The notes: generated by a model from the letters alone, not told the origin. Positions 41,491 to 51,983 are shown, numbered from the stretch's first letter. The stretch: DNA of 64,000 nt from an uncultured delta proteobacterium (GCA_963771175.1 CAVYSY010000054.1:125838-189837), one strand, 5' to 3'. Numbers and translations: made by a program.

Positions 41491-44400
41491 GGCTGGCTCC
41501 CTTCCTTCCGGGCGCGCTCGGCGGCGCGGAGGGCTCGTTTGTGGGCGCGGTAGGCGGCCTTCCGCAGCTCCACGGATTGCGTCTTGTCGAAGGCCTGCGC
41601 GCGCAGCACCTCGGCGGCGTCGGAGCCACCGAGCCGGCCCAGCGCGGCCCACACATCCTGCCGCACCGTCTCGTCCTTGTGCGTGGCGAGCGGGCGCAGC
41701 GGCTCCATCTGCTTGTCGGCCAGCAGCGAGGGCAGCGCCAGGCGGCGGGCCTCGTCCGTGGCGAGCTGCTTCGGCGTGCGCACCGCCACACCCGTGGCGC
41801 TCGTGGCCACCGGGTCGAACGGCTGCACCGCCAGGGCCCAGTCCGCGGCGCGCTCGGGGGCGAGGCGGGCCAGGGCGGTGGCGGCGGCCTCGCGCACCTG
41901 CGCGTCCGGGTCCGACAGCGCGGGGCGCAGGGGCTCGGGGGCGGCGTTCAGTCGGTCCAGCGCGCGCGCCGCTTCGAGGCGCACCCCGGCCGGAGCCTTG
42001 GCCTCTCCACCCTGGAGGATGTCCTTGGCGGCCTTGGCCAGCTCCGCGACACCCAGCCGCGAGCCCGCCCACAGCAGCCGCTCCCAGGCGCTGGCCACGG
42101 GGGCCCGCTTGGGGCCGGGCGTGGAGGCCCACTCGGACGCGGTGCGCCGCTCGGCGTTCATGATGGCTCGGCCCAGCGTGACACGGTCGTCCGCGGACCA
42201 GCCCCGGGAGGACTCCTCCTCTCCGGTGCGCGCGCCCACCAGCCAGGCCGCCTCCTCGCGCGCGGCGGGCTTCTCGTGGCCGAGCAGCATCGCCAGCGCC
42301 CCGGCGGGCAGCGACGCGCGCCGCACCAGCCCTCGACGCAGCCGCTGCCGCAGCTCCTCCGAGTCCAGCGTGGCCAGACGCGGCAGGAGCTGCATCGGGT
42401 CCGCCTCGGTGGCGAGGTAGCTGGCGGCCGGCTCGGAGATGTCCTCCTGCTCGCTGTTCACCGCGAGCAGCTCCACCCGGACGCGCTCCTTGGGGAACAG
42501 CGCGTCGAGCGCCTTGCGCGCCTCGGTGCGCAGCTCGTCGTCCCACTCGTCCAGCGCGTGCGCCAGAGCGCCCTCGGCCGCCGTGTCTCCGAGCTTGCCG
42601 AGCTCCTGTGCCGCGGTGATGCGCACCTCGTTGTCGGTGTCGTCGTCGCGCAGCAGCGTCTCCAGCCGCGAGCGCGCCCGCTCGCCGCCGATGTAGCGCA
42701 GGCCCCGGACACCCGCCTGTTGCAGCGCGGTGTCCTTGGCCTCCAGCGCGGCGAGCTCCACCTTCTCCTCGGCGCGGTGGCGATCCTCTCCCTCGGGCAG
42801 CTTCGCGGCGAGCCGGCCCAGGCCCTCGAGCGCGGCGGCCACCATGCTCTGCTCCACCGGGGCCTCGGGCGTGCCACCGGCGGCCACCTGCTCCAGCTCG
42901 GGCAGGGCGCGCGCGTCACCCAGCGTGCCGAGCGCCAGCAGCGCCCGCTCGCGGTCTCCCTCCTCGCCCGCGCGCACGTACAGCAGCAGCGGGCGCAGGG
43001 CGCTCGTCAGGCCGCGCGAGGCCACGCCCTCGGCGGCGGGCAGCATCAGCTCGCGAGTACCGCCGCGCAGCACCTCCTCCAGCGGCTCCACCTTCGCGCC
43101 CTTGTGCATGACGCGCGAGGCGTAGCGGGCCACCGACTCCATGCGCACCGTCACGTCCCGGTCCGCGAAGAGGCCGGCGAGCAGCTCGTCCTGGCCCACG
43201 TCGTCGCCCTGCTCCAGCTCGGTGGCGGCGGCCTTGCGCACCATCGGGTCCGGACTGCGCACGGCCGAGCGGAGGAAGCGCACCGCCAGGGCCGCGTCGC
43301 GCTTCCGCTCGCCCTTCTCGTCCTTCTCGGGCGCGGTGGCCACGTCCATGGCGGCGCTCACGCAGGCCAGGCGCACCGGGTGGGCCTCGTCGTCGAGCTG
43401 CCGCGCCAGGGGCTCCAGCGCCTCGGGTCGGCGGGTGCGGCCGAGGAACTTCACCAGGGCGAGGCGCTCGGTCAGCTCCGTCGCGGTGCGCAGTCGGGCG
43501 GCGAGCGCGCCCACGGCGGCGACGGAGCCGAGTCGGGCCAGCGCCTCCTGCGCGCGGTTCACGACGGTGGCGTTCTCCGAGCGCAGGAAGGCGGCGAGCA
43601 CCTCCACGGCCCGGTCATCCGCGCGCATGGCCAGCAGCTCGGCGGCGCGCAGACGCAGGTCCTCGTGCTCGCTGCCCATGGCGCGGCCGAGGGCCTCGGT
43701 GACGCGCGAGTCATTGGCACCGGCGAGCCGCTCGATGACACCCACGCGCAGGTCCGCGTGCTCGCTGCCGAGCGCGGCCAGCAGGGGCTCCAGGCTGCCC
43801 GGCGGGCTGAGGCGCTCCAGCAGCTCGAAGGCGTACTTGCGCACGTCGGCCAGGGGCGAGTTGAGGGCGGCGGTGATGCGGCCCTTCGCGGACTCCCCGC
43901 GGGTGGCGAGCTCATCCAGCGCGGCGCGCGCCACGTCCGGGGAGAGCGAGGCCAGGGCGAGCGCCAGCGGCTCGTCGGAGCCGGCGGGGTAGAGCTCCTT
44001 GAGGCCGGCGAGGGCCGCCTTGCGCACGAGCTGGTGCGGGTCCTCCAGGGCGCGCAGCAGGGCGGCCACGGCGGCGGGGGTGCCGGCATGGCCCTCCAGG
44101 GTGAGCTTCACCACGCGGTCCACGGCGTCGCGGCGCACGCGGTGGCCCTCGTCATCTCCGGCGGACACCTGCCGCAGCAGGCCCACGTAGGCGCCGAAGG
44201 CGAGCCGGCGCAGGTGCTGCTTCTCGGCGGAGACGAGCGCCTCGGGCGAGGGCTCGGCGGTGGCGGCCTTGCCGGTGGCGGTGGAGAAGAGGCGGCGCAG
44301 CCAGTTGCGCGCGGGCTTCTCCGACACGGGCTTCGCCTGGGGCGTCGTCTCGGGCTTCCAGGGCGCCTCCAGCGAGCGCGGGCGGGCCACCTTCGCGGCC

Positions 44401-47400
44401 TCGCGGAAGTAGTCGAGCGGCTTGTGGCGCAGTTGCAGCACCTGGGCGGCGGCGTAGCGCTGCTCGGGCACGTCGCTGGCGAGCGCCTCGGCGAGCCCCA
44501 CCATGCGGCGGGCGCGCTCGTCCTCGGCGGGCCAGTCCTTCATGTCGCCGGCCTTCTCGGGCCGGGGCGGCTGCAGCACCTCCACCAGGTGGGCGTGGGA
44601 GGCCTCGGTCTCGGTGCGCAGCTCCAGCGCGCGGGCCGCGGCGTAGCGCACCTCGGGACGGCCACTGGAGAGGGCGCTGGTGAGCAGGTCGGGCGGCTCG
44701 CCCCGGCGCGAGGCGCGCAAGTCCCGGGCGAGGATGATGGCGAAGACGGTCTCCTGCACCTCGCGGGACTTGTCCTCCAGGCCGTGCAGCAGGCCGCTGT
44801 CCCCGTCCGGCCCGAGCGCCGCGAAGGAGAGGATGGCGCCGATGCGGATGGGCTCGTGCTCGTGGCGCAGGTTGCCGGTGAGGACGGGCAGGGCGCGGAT
44901 GTCACCGAGGCGCGACAGGCCATCCGCGGCCCACGAGCGCACCGCCACGTCCGCGTGGCCGAGCGCGTCGAGCAGGTAGCCCTCGTCTCCCCGGCGGCTG
45001 GCGGTGGCGAGACCGCGGGCGGCCTGCTCGCGCACCTCGCTGGCCTCGTCCTTGAGGAGGGTGGTGGCGAAGAAGGACAGCAGCCGGCGCGAGCCGAGCG
45101 TGGCCAGGGCGCTCGCGGCGCGGTGGCGCAGCGGAGCGAGGAAGGCCGGGGGCCAGATGCGCTGCAGCTCCTTGTCGGTGAGGAGGTTGCGCATCGGCTC
45201 GATGATGTCCTCGGCACCCCGAGCGGCGAGCAGCTCGGCCGCGCGCACCTTCAGCGGCAGCTCGCTGGAGCCGAGCCCCGCGAGCAGCGGGCCGTTCTCC
45301 TCCTTGATGAGCTTGTCGAGCGCCTCGATGGCGGCGAGGTACACCACCGGCTCCTCGGCGAGCAGCAGCTTGAGGAGCGGCGAGCGCATCGTCTCGGCGG
45401 GGGCCTGGGTGGCGTTCTTCGCGGCCAGGGCGCGCAGCGAGGCGAGGGCGGTGTCCATGGCCGCGAGGTGCGGCTCGGGCTTCTCCTTGCCCACGTGCTT
45501 CACCCACGCCTCGTAGGCGGCCTGGGCCACGCCGGCATCGCGGTCACCCACGGTCTTCTTCAGCCGCTCGAGCGCCCAGTCCTCCTTGATGCGGGCGGCG
45601 AGCTCATCCACGGCGCGGCGGCGCAGGTCCGGGAAGCGGCCGGCGAGGGCGCGGTCGATGGCCTCCTGGGGGTTCTTCTCGTTCCAGGCCCAGAGGGTGC
45701 GGAAGGCCTCGTCGCGCACCTTGGCGGACTCGTCCTCCAGGGCGTCGCCGAGCAGGTGCACGGCGTTCTCGGAGCGCTTGCCCGAGAGCTTCACCAGCCG
45801 GTCGAGGCCGCGGACGCGCACGTCCTCGTGGGCCGAGCGCAGGGCGGCCTCGGCGCTGGAGAGGGGAGACTCGCCGGCATCGAGCGTCACCACCGCGTCG
45901 AGGGCGGTGGCGCGCACGTCCGCGTTCTCGTCATCCAGCATCCACACGAGGCGCTCGCGGGCGCGGGCGTCCTGGAGGGCGCGGAGGGCCTCGGCGGCCT
46001 GCCGGCGGATGGCGGCATCGGGCTCGCGGGAGAGCTGCAGCAGGGCACCCAGCGCCCGGGCATCCCCGAGCTGCGCGAGGCCCCGGGCGCCGCGCACGGC
46101 GGTGTCCGGAGTGCGGCAGGCCATGGCGGCGAGCAGCGGCTCCAGGCTGGCCTCGGCGAGGGGCTCGCCGGCCTTGCCGGTGGCGGGCAGGGCCTCGCGA
46201 GCGGCACGGGCCTCGTCGTCGGTGGGGCGGGCGCGGCGGGTGAGGCGCCGGGCGACGTCCAGGGCGGCGCGAGCGAAGTCCGCGTCCTTCTCCTCCAGCA
46301 CGTGGGCGAGGGGCCGGCGCTCCAGCACGCGCACGGTGAAGGCCACGCGGCGCACGTCGGCATCCGCGTCATCGAGGGCACGCGCCACCAGGGGCTGCAA
46401 CTGCGGCGAGCCCAGCCAGCCGGCACCGGCGGCGCGGATGAGCACCTCGACGCGCAGGTGGGCGGGGCCGCGCTCGAAGGCCGTCTTCAACGGCTCGGTG
46501 CTGTCCTTGGGGGACACCTGCACCAGCACGTCCAGCGCGGTGACGCCCACGGTGGCGTCCGCGTCCGTCAGCTTGCTGGCGATGAGGCCCGGCACCAGCG
46601 GAGAGGTTCCACCGAGCGAGGCCAGCGCCCGCAGGCCGGCGATGCGCGTGTCCGGGTAGCGCGAGTCCAACGCGGCGCGCGGGGCGGCCAGCGGGGACTC
46701 CTTCTCCAGCGCGGTGAGGGCCCACAGCGCGGCGACGCGCACCAGCGTGTTGTCATCGTCCAGCCGCTCGCGGAGCTTCGCGCGGGCGCCGACGCGGCCG
46801 TGCTTGCCCAGCTCCTCGGCGGCCAGCTTGCGCACCTCGTGCTCACGGTCCGCGGAGAGCACGGAGAGGACGAAGTCGAGCGCCTCGGGCTCCTCCAGCG
46901 CGGCGGCCTCGCGCACGGCGGCCTCGCGCTTGGGTCGGTTGGCCCGGCGGGCCTCGTCCAGCAGGTCGAAGCCGTGGGCGAACGAGGTGGCATCGGTGGA
47001 GGGCTTGCCCTCGGTGTCCAGCTCGAAGCGGCGCACCGTGCGGTCCTCGCCGCCCACGTAGAGGAGGCCGAGCTGCACCTTGGCCTGCCGCGAGCTCACC
47101 GGCGGAGCGAAGGCGAGGGCATGCACGGGCTTGCTGCCGCACTCCAGCGTGCGCGGCTTGCGGCGATCTTCCAGTCGCCACGCCTTCACCTTGCCATCGC
47201 TGCCGGCGGAGAAGATGCGGTCCGAGGCCTCCTCGCCGCGCTCGGGCGTGGGAGTCGGGGGGAAGAGGAGGGCGAGCACGGAGCCGGCATGGCCGGAGTC
47301 CTTGTCCCCGCGGACCTCGGACTCGACGGCGCCCACGAGGTACCAGATGCGCAGCTTGCCATCGTCCCCGGCGGACACGAGGCGCCCGTCGCGCGGGGTG

Positions 47401-47951
47401 AAGGCGAGCGCCCGCACCGCGCCCTCGTGGCCGGGCATGTCGCGCCGGGCCCCGTTGGCGAGGGTGAAGGAGCGCACCACCGAGTCATCACCCGCACAGG
47501 CGGCATAGGTGCCGGTGGGGTCCACCGCGACGGCGCGCAGGGGCTGCGGCGAGGCCTGCCACTCGTGTACGCGCTTGCCCTTGCCGAGCTCCCAGGCGCG
47601 CAGGAAACCATCCATGCCCACGGTGAAGGCGCGGGTGCCGTCCGGATTCACGGCGACGGCGGTGCAGGCGCCAGTGTGGGCGTCCTTCACCTCGCGCTGC
47701 ACGGCTCCGTCCCCGAGCGCGCCGATGCGCACGGCGCCATCCGCGCAGGCGGCGACCCAGCTCTCGCCGGCGAGGGCGAGCCCCAGGACGGCGGCGGGAA
47801 GCTCCACGCTCCAGGCCACCTTGTTGGTGGAGGGCTCGTAGGCGGTGAGGCGGCTGCTGGCCGAAGCGCGAGCGCCTCCGACGAGCAGCAGGCGCGCATT
47901 GGCGGCGAGCGCGCGGACCTTTTCGTAATGGCCGATGGCGAGTGTAGCCAT
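41487..47951 (-). CDS. Giant WD40 beta-propeller + HEAT-repeat protein (2154 aa)
   Basis: N-terminal GH...SAGDDGKLRIW-type repeats, then dozens of D.D..VR..A..AL HEAT units. Confidence 0.92.
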   Translation of the reverse strand: MATLAIGHYEKVRALAANARLLLVGGARASASSRLTAYEPSTNKVAWSVELPAAVLGLALAGESWVAACADGAVRIGALGDGAVQREVKDAHTGACTAVAVNPDGTRAFTVGMDGFLRAWELGKGKRVHEWQASPQPLRAVAVDPTGTYAACAGDDSVVRSFTLANGARRDMPGHEGAVRALAFTPRDGRLVSAGDDGKLRIWYLVGAVESEVRGDKDSGHAGSVLALLFPPTPTPERGEEASDRIFSAGSDGKVKAWRLEDRRKPRTLECGSKPVHALAFAPPVSSRQAKVQLGLLYVGGEDRTVRRFELDTEGKPSTDATSFAHGFDLLDEARRANRPKREAAVREAAALEEPEALDFVLSVLSADREHEVRKLAAEELGKHGRVGARAKLRERLDDDNTLVRVAALWALTALEKESPLAAPRAALDSRYPDTRIAGLRALASLGGTSPLVPGLIASKLTDADATVGVTALDVLVQVSPKDSTEPLKTAFERGPAHLRVEVLIRAAGAGWLGSPQLQPLVARALDDADADVRRVAFTVRVLERRPLAHVLEEKDADFARAALDVARRLTRRARPTDDEARAAREALPATGKAGEPLAEASLEPLLAAMACRTPDTAVRGARGLAQLGDARALGALLQLSREPDAAIRRQAAEALRALQDARARERLVWMLDDENADVRATALDAVVTLDAGESPLSSAEAALRSAHEDVRVRGLDRLVKLSGKRSENAVHLLGDALEDESAKVRDEAFRTLWAWNEKNPQEAIDRALAGRFPDLRRRAVDELAARIKEDWALERLKKTVGDRDAGVAQAAYEAWVKHVGKEKPEPHLAAMDTALASLRALAAKNATQAPAETMRSPLLKLLLAEEPVVYLAAIEALDKLIKEENGPLLAGLGSSELPLKVRAAELLAARGAEDIIEPMRNLLTDKELQRIWPPAFLAPLRHRAASALATLGSRRLLSFFATTLLKDEASEVREQAARGLATASRRGDEGYLLDALGHADVAVRSWAADGLSRLGDIRALPVLTGNLRHEHEPIRIGAILSFAALGPDGDSGLLHGLEDKSREVQETVFAIILARDLRASRRGEPPDLLTSALSSGRPEVRYAAARALELRTETEASHAHLVEVLQPPRPEKAGDMKDWPAEDERARRMVGLAEALASDVPEQRYAAAQVLQLRHKPLDYFREAAKVARPRSLEAPWKPETTPQAKPVSEKPARNWLRRLFSTATGKAATAEPSPEALVSAEKQHLRRLAFGAYVGLLRQVSAGDDEGHRVRRDAVDRVVKLTLEGHAGTPAAVAALLRALEDPHQLVRKAALAGLKELYPAGSDEPLALALASLSPDVARAALDELATRGESAKGRITAALNSPLADVRKYAFELLERLSPPGSLEPLLAALGSEHADLRVGVIERLAGANDSRVTEALGRAMGSEHEDLRLRAAELLAMRADDRAVEVLAAFLRSENATVVNRAQEALARLGSVAAVGALAARLRTATELTERLALVKFLGRTRRPEALEPLARQLDDEAHPVRLACVSAAMDVATAPEKDEKGERKRDAALAVRFLRSAVRSPDPMVRKAAATELEQGDDVGQDELLAGLFADRDVTVRMESVARYASRVMHKGAKVEPLEEVLRGGTRELMLPAAEGVASRGLTSALRPLLLYVRAGEEGDRERALLALGTLGDARALPELEQVAAGGTPEAPVEQSMVAAALEGLGRLAAKLPEGEDRHRAEEKVELAALEAKDTALQQAGVRGLRYIGGERARSRLETLLRDDDTDNEVRITAAQELGKLGDTAAEGALAHALDEWDDELRTEARKALDALFPKERVRVELLAVNSEQEDISEPAASYLATEADPMQLLPRLATLDSEELRQRLRRGLVRRASLPAGALAMLLGHEKPAAREEAAWLVGARTGEEESSRGWSADDRVTLGRAIMNAERRTASEWASTPGPKRAPVASAWERLLWAGSRLGVAELAKAAKDILQGGEAKAPAGVRLEAARALDRLNAAPEPLRPALSDPDAQVREAAATALARLAPERAADWALAVQPFDPVATSATGVAVRTPKQLATDEARRLALPSLLADKQMEPLRPLATHKDETVRQDVWAALGRLGGSDAAEVLRAQAFDKTQSVELRKAAYRAHKRALRAAERARKEGSQP

Positions 47952-48024
47952 GCGTCAGAATCCTCCGGACGGAGGGGTTTAGCACAGGTGAACAGCGGGG
48001 AGATTGAAGGGCAGTCGTGGCCCG

Positions 48025-48216
48025 GTGCGACTCACCGCCGGGTGGCTTCATCGGTTGAGCAGGCTTGCGCTCCTGTTGTTGCTCACGGGATGCGCCGCAC
48101 AGCTCCCCTCCAGGGCTCCTCGGTGGTACGGACAGAGCAGTCCTGTCTCCGCTCAGGGCTTGCCGGCTACGGCGAGCGGTGGACTGCGAACCGTCGAGAT
48201 CGACTTCGTGCCCTGA
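48025..48216 (+). pseudogene. Internally deleted lipoprotein (toxin-like) remnant
   Basis: Intact signal peptide and lipobox LLLLTGC, then only ~40 residues ending VEIDFVP*; 17 bp before an immunity-like gene. Confidence 0.55.
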
Positions 48217-48233
48217 CAAGTGAGACCCAACCG

Positions 48234-48962
48234 ATGACCAAGAACATGAAGGGCTTGCTCCTGGAGGACCGCTGGGCACCCATCACGTCGGAACTGGGAT
48301 TCCTGGAGATGGGTGCGGAGCATGCCGCTCGCGCCTTCGCGGCGTGGCAGGCAGGGCTGCATGCGCCCCGTGGCATTGCCGTGGAGGTGCGCCCGGTCTC
48401 GGGCACGCTGGAGCAAGCCCTCTCCTCCCTGCTGCCCCTGACCAGTCCGGAGAGTCGGCGGGATCTCTTCATTCCGACACGCAGCCCCTGGACGGCGTAC
48501 GTTGAAAACGGGTGGGGCGGGACCGATGCCGGGAGCGTCATGTCCTATATGGCCCGGACGCTGGGCTGCCGGGGCATGCGAGTGGTCGCGGTGCCCCACA
48601 CCCTGCGCAAGGACAAGGGCCGTTATGGGGCCGTGATGTTCGAGCTGTACGGACCCAAGGAGACGGACTGGCTCAACTACCTGCGCACCCTCTATGTCTC
48701 CAACGATGGAGGCCACTGGGTCTTCGGCCAGTCCGGTGAGCCCTTCCCCTTCGAGAAGCTGGAGCGGTACCAGGCGCGCAAGGTGAGGGACCGCTTCACC
48801 TTCGAGATGCTCAAGGAGTACCTGCACCACCTGGGGCTGTCTCCCTTCCAGGAGGACTTCTACCTGCCCCAGGGCGCTCCCGCCTGGCTCGTGGAGAAAA
48901 CGGGGACCTTCGTCCCCGCTCAGAAGGAGTACACCCTCGCTCAGGCCCGAGAGAGCTTCTGA
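48234..48962 (+). CDS. Hypothetical protein, probable orphan immunity protein
   Basis: 242-aa ORF with normal codon bias (LLLEDRWAPITSELGFLE...NDGGHWVF.QSGEPFPFE); on the opposite strand between two retron-associated genes. Confidence 0.7.
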   Translation: MTKNMKGLLLEDRWAPITSELGFLEMGAEHAARAFAAWQAGLHAPRGIAVEVRPVSGTLEQALSSLLPLTSPESRRDLFIPTRSPWTAYVENGWGGTDAGSVMSYMARTLGCRGMRVVAVPHTLRKDKGRYGAVMFELYGPKETDWLNYLRTLYVSNDGGHWVFGQSGEPFPFEKLERYQARKVRDRFTFEMLKEYLHHLGLSPFQEDFYLPQGAPAWLVEKTGTFVPAQKEYTLAQARESF

Positions 48963-48971
48963 CGCCTGGTG

Positions 48972-51692
48972 TCAGAGCCCTCCGAGTTCCACGCTGGGGT
49001 GCGCCGAGCGCAGCCTCACCAGCGATGCCAGGCAGCTCTGCCACTCGCCCTTCGCCATCGAGCCGGTGAACTCACCGAGCACGGGCGCCACCACACGGGC
49101 GAAGCTCTCGTCTTCCAGTCCCAGGTCCCTCACCAGCTCAATCACGCGGCGCTTGGCCTCGCTGGCCGGGAGCCTGCGCGCCACCACGCCCTCGCGGGCC
49201 TCCTTGGAGCGCCCCGGGGGCAGGCCGAAGAGCATGCGGCGCAGGAAGGAGCGCAGGGCCTCCACGTTGGCGAAGCGCTCGGTGGCGGCCACGGGGGACT
49301 CCTTGGCGCCCGAGGGCTTCCACCCCTCCGGCAGGTGCAGCGGCCGGTGCTTCTCCCACAGGAGGCGGATGGCGAAGAGGCCCACCTCGCGGTCGGCGCT
49401 CTCCATCAGCCACGCGAGGCGCTCGGGCCCACCCAGGCGCGCGTAGTGGCGGCGGATGAGCTCCACGGCCACCTCGCGCGTGGAGCGCTTGGTGCTCTCG
49501 GAGAGGGTGAACACCTTCACCGGGTCCAACTCGTCCGGGGTGAGGGTGCGGCGCTTGTCGGCGCCCTCCTCGCCCGCGTCGAGCAGGGCGTCATAGGCGA
49601 GGTTGCGCACTTCCTTGGCGTTGGCCTCGGCGAGCTCGTACACGCGGGTGTGCCAGCCCCAGGCGCGCAGCTCCACGCGCGTCACCGCGAGGGCGAAGTG
49701 GCGCACGTCGTCGCGGGCGTCGAAGAGGGCGGGCCACAGGCGCTCGGGGGTGTACGCGTTGCGAGGCGCCTTGGGCTTGAGCTGGAAGGACTTGGACTCG
49801 GGCTGCTCGGGGCCGATGACGGGGTGGTGGCAGCGCAGGTACGTCTGCGCGAAGGCGCGCACGGGGGCGGGCTGCTTCGCGCCGAGCGCCAGCTCGAAGA
49901 GGCGCGCCAGGCCCGCGGTGGCGTCGCCGGACTCGCTGAAGTCGGCGGGCACCACGTTCTCCAGCAGGTAGCGGTGGGCGAACTCGTGCAGCGTGGGGTC
50001 CGCGCGCCGGGCGAGCGCCAGCAGCCACGGAATGCCCACGTCCCGAGGCGCGAAGAGCTTGCGGTTGCCCAGCAGCTTCAGCGCCACCTCGCGGAACTTC
50101 GCGTTGAAGACGAGCCCCTTCACGCGCTCCACGTCCAGGCCGGGCAGCGCGTCCGCCTCGGTGAGCCAGTCGGAGATGGTGTCGCCGAAGCTCGGGTGGA
50201 TGGAGCGGTCGAGCAGCCAGTCGGCGCCGATGTCCGCGGGCTTGAAGCCCTTGAGCGAGTCGAGGGCCAGCTCCTCCACGTCGCTGCCGTAGGACTCCAG
50301 GCGCTCGTCATCGAGGAGGGCCTTCCAGAAGGCGGGGGGCAGCTCGCCCTTGCCGTACTTGGACTTGAGGTAGCGCAGCGCCCACTCGGTCTGCTCCTCG
50401 TCGCCGAAGAGCATGTCGAAGAGGAACTTCTGGGGGAGCTCGGAGCGGTCGAAGCTCTGCTCCAGGGCCTTGGCGGCGAACTTCGCGGTGGGCTTGTGGA
50501 CGAGCAGCCGGCCGAGGAAGTCCGGGCCGAGCTCGCGCGGGTCCCTCTTCTCCAGCACGGCGGCGGCGTAGGCCTTCACGTCGTTGTGGTCGCCCTCGAG
50601 CAGCTCGGCGAGGCGCTCGACGGGGAGGTCCTGCGCGTGGGCGCGGGCGTACTCGATGGCGTAGGCGCGCGCCTTGTTGCTCTCGGAGACGAGCAGGGCG
50701 AGCACCGCCTCGTGCAGCCCGAGCGCGCGCAGCTTGCCCTGGTGGAACTCGGGCGAGCCCTGGAGGGTCTCGATGAGGAACTCGTGGGCGCTGGCGAGCG
50801 GGCGGCGGGCGAGCCGGTCCAACCAGGCGGGGGTGACGTTGCCGCGGAGGGCGTCGGGGAAGTCCTTGCGCAGGCCCTGGATGGCGAAGCGGGCGGCGGG
50901 GTCCGACAGGCAGGTGTCGAGCAGCCGCATGAGCGGATCCGCCGAGCGCTTCCACGCCTCGGTGAAGGCGCGCTTCTTCACCATGTCGCTGGGGGGCTCG
51001 ATGGGGAAGGTGTTGGCGGAGTAGTTGCCCGTCTCGTGGGACCAGAGGTGGTTGGAGACCCAGCACGAGCGCCACGAGGTGTCGGGCTCGTAGTGGCGGA
51101 GCACCTCGATGGCGAACTGGGGGTAGAGCTCGGGGACGGACTGGCCGAGCTGGCGCAGGTAGCGCCACGCGCGCCGCTGGAGGTAGGTGAGGGTGCCCCG
51201 GGAGACCTCGCGGGAGCGGTGGCCGGAGCGCTCGGTGTCGAAGCGCCAGGCGAGGACGCCGAACATCTCGGCGTCATGGCGCTCCTCGGCGAGCTTGTAG
51301 ATGCGCTTGAGGCCGCCCCAGAGGCCGAAGCGGAGGTCCGCCTCGCGAGCGAGCTGGAAGAGGGCGGCGCGGGAGGCGCTGGTGTTGCGCTCGTAGAGGG
51401 CGACGAGCAGGTCGGCGAGGGCGAAGCGCGAGGGGAGCGGGACGTCCTTCTGGGCGAGGTAGCGCTGCCAGGCGTCGCGAGCGCCGGAGTGGCGGGCCTC
51501 GGCGGAGTGGCGGGACTGGGCCTGGGAGAGGAGGGAGCGGAGCCCGTCGAAGGTGAGGGCGCCCTGGGGGAGGGAGCCGGGCGTCTTGTCGGGCTGCTCG
51601 AGGAAGGCCAGCACGGCCTCCGCCAGGTCGGGCGCTTCCGCCCGTGACAACCGCTCCAGGTCCGCTGTCGTCAGCTCGTCGCTCGTAGCCAT
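48972..51692 (-). CDS. Large alpha-helical (ARM/HEAT-like) protein, 906 aa
   Basis: Helical repeats throughout (DARDDVRHFA, SADREVGLFA); co-oriented with the WD40-HEAT, SWIM and RT genes. Confidence 0.8.
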   Translation of the reverse strand: MATSDELTTADLERLSRAEAPDLAEAVLAFLEQPDKTPGSLPQGALTFDGLRSLLSQAQSRHSAEARHSGARDAWQRYLAQKDVPLPSRFALADLLVALYERNTSASRAALFQLAREADLRFGLWGGLKRIYKLAEERHDAEMFGVLAWRFDTERSGHRSREVSRGTLTYLQRRAWRYLRQLGQSVPELYPQFAIEVLRHYEPDTSWRSCWVSNHLWSHETGNYSANTFPIEPPSDMVKKRAFTEAWKRSADPLMRLLDTCLSDPAARFAIQGLRKDFPDALRGNVTPAWLDRLARRPLASAHEFLIETLQGSPEFHQGKLRALGLHEAVLALLVSESNKARAYAIEYARAHAQDLPVERLAELLEGDHNDVKAYAAAVLEKRDPRELGPDFLGRLLVHKPTAKFAAKALEQSFDRSELPQKFLFDMLFGDEEQTEWALRYLKSKYGKGELPPAFWKALLDDERLESYGSDVEELALDSLKGFKPADIGADWLLDRSIHPSFGDTISDWLTEADALPGLDVERVKGLVFNAKFREVALKLLGNRKLFAPRDVGIPWLLALARRADPTLHEFAHRYLLENVVPADFSESGDATAGLARLFELALGAKQPAPVRAFAQTYLRCHHPVIGPEQPESKSFQLKPKAPRNAYTPERLWPALFDARDDVRHFALAVTRVELRAWGWHTRVYELAEANAKEVRNLAYDALLDAGEEGADKRRTLTPDELDPVKVFTLSESTKRSTREVAVELIRRHYARLGGPERLAWLMESADREVGLFAIRLLWEKHRPLHLPEGWKPSGAKESPVAATERFANVEALRSFLRRMLFGLPPGRSKEAREGVVARRLPASEAKRRVIELVRDLGLEDESFARVVAPVLGEFTGSMAKGEWQSCLASLVRLRSAHPSVELGGL

Positions 51693-51983
51693 CGAGCGGA
51701 GGGATTTACCACAGGTGCACAGTGGGGTGGGCGTGCCGAGGCGCGCGGAGTGCTACCCGCCGGTAGTGGGTATGCCTGTGCGGCGCCCGGTATCATCGCC
51801 ACCCACGACGGAGTCTCCCCAGGCCGCTCGTAGTGAGCTGCCAGCGACGCCAGCGCGGCAGGTCTCCGCTCGAGGGCCACGGCGGGGCGCGTGGCGTTGA
51901 GGTCGATGCGCTGGGGTCCAGCATGTGGACTGGGGACGGGCCGGGGCCTGAGGTGTAGAAGAGGGGCGAGAGGAGGCACTCGC

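Noticed and set aside
39646..42546. 966-aa form of the SWIM protein
   Set aside because: The first ~350 codons overlap the HEAT gene out of frame; GTG at 41490 gives a clean GTGA coupling
41412..48962. 2516-aa plus-strand ORF
   Set aside because: Antisense shadow of the WD40-HEAT gene; only the last 242 codons (from 48234) look like a real gene
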